Assembly (NCBI GenBank): GCA_009699705.1
Contig: WLNQ01000002.1
Span: 1 to 40,571 of the forward strand
DNA from: Actinomycetota bacterium
Lineage (GTDB): Bacteria > Actinomycetota > Actinomycetes > S36-B12
DNA: 40,571 nucleotides
Reading direction: 5' to 3'
In this document: piece by piece, positions 37,239 to 40,571 of the stretch
How positions within the stretch are numbered: position 1 is the stretch's first letter
Layout: each line of letters starts with the position of its first letter
Notes under the pieces: generated by a model
Databases searched by the model: none
What the model saw: only the letters and a program-made list of their open reading frames with translations
Told to the model about the DNA's origin: nothing
Made by a program: the position numbers and the translations under genes

Positions 37239-37277
37239 AGATGCCAGGTAACCCGCCTGAAATATGAATGGGCGACA

Positions 37278-40043
37278 ATGTTGCGCATGTCACATCTGGA
37301 CTCGGACACCCGGCTAAGAGAGCACATTCGCGAGTTAGGCGCCTTGCTCGGTCAAACCATGGTGCGACAGGTTGACCAAGGCCTGCTCGATCTGGTCGAG
37401 CAGGTTCGCCAGACCGTACGCACCGATCCAGCAGCCGCCACCCGGATTTTGGCTGGAGTGGACCTGCCAACTGCTATCCAGCTGGCTCGAGCCTTTTCTA
37501 TCTACTTCGACCTCGCCAATATTGCTGAGCAGGTTGAACGGTCCCGCGAAGTCACTGCTATCCGGCTTCGCACAGGCGGGCCACTGCACCAGGTTGCACA
37601 AGCGGCTCGTGCAGCCAACATCTCGAAAACTGAAATCGCCCACCTAGCCGAAGTGATGTCGGTTCGCCCTGTCTTTACTGCTCACCCAACTGAGGCCGCT
37701 CGCAAATCGGTGCTCATCAAACTTCGGCGCATAGCCGCGCTACTCCTGGATGACACGGTCACTATCGGCAACAGCGACGCGTCACACGCCTACTCTGCAC
37801 CACAGACCAACCTGCCAAACCGAGAACGCATCGCCGAACTCATCGACCTGCTGTGGCAAACCGATGAACTTCGCCTTGAACGTCCGCAGGTATTGGACGA
37901 GGCTAGGAACGTGTTGGGCTACCTGTCCGAACTCAGCCGTGGACCAATCGGTGCAGTCTTGGACGACCTCGCAAAAACTTTCCATGCACTCGGCGTCGAC
38001 TTGCCCACCTGCGCGACACCTTTAGCCTTTGGCACCTGGATTGGCGGGGATCGAGATGGCAATCCATTTGTCACGGCCGAAGTAACAATGACCGTTTTGC
38101 AATTCCAGCGAGGACAAGCAGTGCAAGCCATCCTGCCCCACCTCGATGCGCTGATCGACGATCTTTCCATTTCCGAACGCATTAGTGGAGCCAGCAACGA
38201 ACTTCGCGCAATTATCGCAGACGATTTAGCAAACCTTCCGGAGTTTGAAACTCGGTACTTGTCGATAAATGCTGACGAACCAATCCGTTTGAAACTTCGA
38301 ATCATTCGAACCCGTTTGCAACTCACAGCCAATCGCGGTTTGGCCGCACATGAAGCTGGACGCGATTACGAATCAACTGAAGCCCTTCTGTCCGATCTGC
38401 TTGAAGTGCGCGAGACGCTCATCACTTCAGGAAATACTTCGATCGCCCAAGGGATTCTTGATCGAACTATTGCCCTAATCGCGGCACTGGGCCTGAATCT
38501 GGCAACGATGGATATTCGTGAACATGCTGAGCAATATCACCATGCTGTTGGACAACTCTTTGATCGAATTCGCGTGACTTCGCAACCATACGGTGAGCTC
38601 ACACGCCTGGATCGTTTAGCAATTCTCAAAATGGAACTGGCTTCGCTGCGCCCTTTAGCCTCGACCCCACCGCCCCTTGATGAAATTGGACTGCGCACTT
38701 ATGACGCTTATGCAGCCGCAGGTCGAGCCCTCGACCAGTTTGGTCCAACAACAATTCAGTCGTGCATCATCTCAATGACCCAGGGTGCTGACGATGTTTT
38801 GGCCGCGGTCCTGCTTGCACGAGAAGCAGGACTTATCGATCCAGTGAGTAAAAGCGCCCGCGTAGGGTTTGTTCCACTCCTTGAAACCGTTGACGAACTT
38901 CGCGCTGCCGACAAGATCATCGACACGTTGTTAAGTGATCCCGTGTATCGACAACTTGTTGCCTCCCGCGGTGATATCCAAGAAGTGATGCTTGGGTATT
39001 CAGATTCAAATAAAGACGCTGGCATCACGACTTCGCAGTGGGAAATTCACCTAGCCCAGCGTCGACTGCGCGACATCACAGCCAAGCACGGTGTGCGACT
39101 TCGCCTCTTCCATGGCCGAGGAGGCACGGTGGGACGCGGCGGAGGTCCGACTTATCAAGCCATCTTGTCTCAACCTTGGGGTGTGCTCGATGGGGAAATC
39201 AAAGTCACCGAGCAAGGCGAAGTAATTTCGGATAAATATTTACTCCCAACCTTGGCACGCGACAATCTCGAACAGATGGCTGCAGCGGTTATGGATGCCA
39301 CGTTGCTCCATCGTGCACCTCGAGTTCCCGCTGAACAGCGAACTCAATGGGACGAGATCATGATCCTGACCTCGAAGAATGCCCAGCAGCAATACCGGAC
39401 CTTGATTGAAAACCCAGTACTGCCGCAATACTTTGCCGCCTCGACACCTGTTGATGAATTCGGTGGAATGCACCTTGGCTCGCGACCATCACGTCGACCA
39501 GATACTTCTGCTGGTATTAGCGGACTGCGAGCAATCCCGTGGGTGTTCGGCTGGACGCAATCCCGTCAGGTTTTGCCGGGCTGGTTTGGCGTGGGCTCAG
39601 GGTTAGCTGCAGCCCGCGCGGCTGGGCATGCAGATTCGCTCGTTGCAATGTATGAGGGTTGGGAGTTTTTTCGAAACTTCATCGCAAACGTTGAGATGAC
39701 TTTGGCTAAGACTGACCTCAGCGTTGCACAAACCTACGTCGATGCATTAGTCGCGCCTGATCTGCAAAGCCCATTTGCGCTCATTCAAGAAGAATTTGCT
39801 CGGACGGTCGAAGAAGTTCTTGCGATCACAGGTGGTGATCAATTGCTCAGCGATAATCCAACCTTACGGCGCACGTTAGCTGTGCGCGATACATACTTGC
39901 TTCCTTTACATTCCCTACAAGTCACGCTGCTCGAGCGCGTTCGGGAAGCCAGGGATGCCGAGGCAGTACCCGATACTGATCTTGCCCGCGCACTCTCAGT
40001 GACAATCAATGGCATTGCTACTGGATTGCGCAACACTGGCTGA
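37278..40043 (+). CDS. ppc: Phosphoenolpyruvate carboxylase
   Basis: 921-aa ORF with VFTAHPTE, GYSDSNKDAG, FHGRGGTVGRGGGP and the invariant C-terminal NTG. The start could instead be the ATG at 37287. Confidence 0.96.
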   Translation: MLRMSHLDSDTRLREHIRELGALLGQTMVRQVDQGLLDLVEQVRQTVRTDPAAATRILAGVDLPTAIQLARAFSIYFDLANIAEQVERSREVTAIRLRTGGPLHQVAQAARAANISKTEIAHLAEVMSVRPVFTAHPTEAARKSVLIKLRRIAALLLDDTVTIGNSDASHAYSAPQTNLPNRERIAELIDLLWQTDELRLERPQVLDEARNVLGYLSELSRGPIGAVLDDLAKTFHALGVDLPTCATPLAFGTWIGGDRDGNPFVTAEVTMTVLQFQRGQAVQAILPHLDALIDDLSISERISGASNELRAIIADDLANLPEFETRYLSINADEPIRLKLRIIRTRLQLTANRGLAAHEAGRDYESTEALLSDLLEVRETLITSGNTSIAQGILDRTIALIAALGLNLATMDIREHAEQYHHAVGQLFDRIRVTSQPYGELTRLDRLAILKMELASLRPLASTPPPLDEIGLRTYDAYAAAGRALDQFGPTTIQSCIISMTQGADDVLAAVLLAREAGLIDPVSKSARVGFVPLLETVDELRAADKIIDTLLSDPVYRQLVASRGDIQEVMLGYSDSNKDAGITTSQWEIHLAQRRLRDITAKHGVRLRLFHGRGGTVGRGGGPTYQAILSQPWGVLDGEIKVTEQGEVISDKYLLPTLARDNLEQMAAAVMDATLLHRAPRVPAEQRTQWDEIMILTSKNAQQQYRTLIENPVLPQYFAASTPVDEFGGMHLGSRPSRRPDTSAGISGLRAIPWVFGWTQSRQVLPGWFGVGSGLAAARAAGHADSLVAMYEGWEFFRNFIANVEMTLAKTDLSVAQTYVDALVAPDLQSPFALIQEEFARTVEEVLAITGGDQLLSDNPTLRRTLAVRDTYLLPLHSLQVTLLERVREARDAEAVPDTDLARALSVTINGIATGLRNTG

Positions 40044-40066
40044 TCAGAGCATTCATACCTTTGTGA

Positions 40067-40571
40067 TCAGTGCCGGACTTGCACATACTTTGTAATACCT
40101 GCTGCCAAGGCCTTGGCATAAAATTGCTGACCTGGTGTGGCCGACATTCGCGACGCATCAGTTGTATTGCGCATATTGCCTAACTCAACAATGACCACGG
40201 GCACATCACTGAAATTCAATGTCGATTGATCTCTGCGAAGTGAAAGCGGGCTAGAGAGATAAGTCGCGGGCGTTACGCCAGAAGCTTTCATACCGCTGAT
40301 CATGGAGTTCGCTAAAGCTCGACTCTGAGCAGTGATGTCTGCTGTCCAACCTTTAATCTTCACTGGCGCAATGACGTGAAAACCATGACCGTTTGCCTTG
40401 GCACCGTCGCCGTGAATGCTCACCATGAGATCTGCTTTCACCTTGGCGCCGAAAGCGCCCCTGTCCCACACACATGGGCCCCACGAATTCGTTGAATTTG
40501 TAGTGCGAGTGAGGTGGACTGTTGCGCCTTGGTTCTCCAGCACCTTTTTCAAATTGTTGGCAACTCGCCAA
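40067..40571 (-). CDS. N-acetylmuramoyl-L-alanine amidase (Amidase_3 family), C-terminal part; the 5' end lies beyond the window
   Basis: The frame stays open past the TTG at 40552 used by the ORF track, up to the window edge (WRVANNLKKVLENQGATVHLTR). It contains SIHGDG and VVIVELGNMRN, Zn-amidase family motifs. Confidence 0.82.
   Translation of the reverse strand, partial: WRVANNLKKVLENQGATVHLTRTTNSTNSWGPCVWDRGAFGAKVKADLMVSIHGDGAKANGHGFHVIAPVKIKGWTADITAQSRALANSMISGMKASGVTPATYLSSPLSLRRDQSTLNFSDVPVVIVELGNMRNTTDASRMSATPGQQFYAKALAAGITKYVQVRH

Noticed and set aside
37241-37267. An 8-codon upstream ORF (ATG CCA GGT AAC CCG CCT GAA ATA TGA) ending 10 nt before the ppc start.
   Set aside because: There is no ribosome-binding site and no known leader-peptide control of ppc. 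An ORF this short is expected by chance.
1-40571. A search by eye for CRISPR repeats, tRNA/rRNA genes, IS elements, integrases, toxin-antitoxin pairs, restriction-modification or other defence genes, and tandem or long inverted repeats.
   Set aside because: None were found. All gaps are under 200 bp, and no T-loop-like GGTTCGAAT motif or periodic repeats were seen. Every ORF of credible length has a housekeeping assignment or conserved-hypothetical character.

Overview
This window is a densely packed, moderately GC-rich chromosomal core region, apparently from an actinobacterium (phylum Actinomycetota). I found no tRNA or rRNA genes, CRISPR arrays, transposases, integrases or long repeats. 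Almost every base is assigned to housekeeping genes, many joined by ATGA or GTGA stop/start overlaps.

**Gene content, left to right:**
- The 5' half of the complex I operon on the minus strand: nuoG (truncated by the window edge), then nuoF, E, D, C, B and A.
- A complete classical menaquinone cluster: menG/ubiE, menF, menD, menC, menB, menE and menA.
- Two small membrane proteins, one DUF4229-like and one PLDc_N.
- The System II cytochrome c maturation set: ccsB, resB, ccdA and a thioredoxin-like lipoprotein.
- A histidine phosphatase, a cobA/hemD fusion and rex.
- A glutaredoxin-like protein, a HAD hydrolase and an acyltransferase.
- A 33-codon bS22 ribosomal protein gene that falls below the ORF-track cutoff.
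- A small helix-turn-helix (HTH) protein, an AcuC-type deacetylase, proC, a TIM-barrel isomerase, a P-type ATPase and ppx.
- A Cys-rich conserved hypothetical protein, radA, a membrane-anchored 4-Cys protein, mutY, clpC, ppc and a truncated Amidase_3 gene.

**Synteny.** From my memory of M. tuberculosis H37Rv gene order, about 6.4-31.6 kb is colinear with Rv0558 back to Rv0495c, and 31.7-37.1 kb is colinear with Rv3585 to Rv3596c. Both blocks are strongly compacted here.

**Sequence-level observations:**
- Two Rex operator palindromes, one upstream of nuoA and one upstream of rex itself.
- A recurring TANNNT hexamer 6-7 nt upstream of ten start codons, which points to leaderless transcription. 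This includes back-to-back promoters inside 23-bp and 33-bp divergent gaps.
- A rex-cobA/hemD junction that lacks hemA and hemC. hemB and hemL are also absent from the syntenic slots.
- Convergent genes that share stop-codon nucleotides, plus a 159-bp menA/DUF4229 convergent overlap.
- A ClgR-like motif upstream of clpC.

**On a novel system.** I see no convincing defence island or mobile element, and no obviously novel multi-gene system. The best candidates for unexplored biology are the uncharacterised Cys-rich protein, the ppx/P-type ATPase coupling and the collapsed heme locus.
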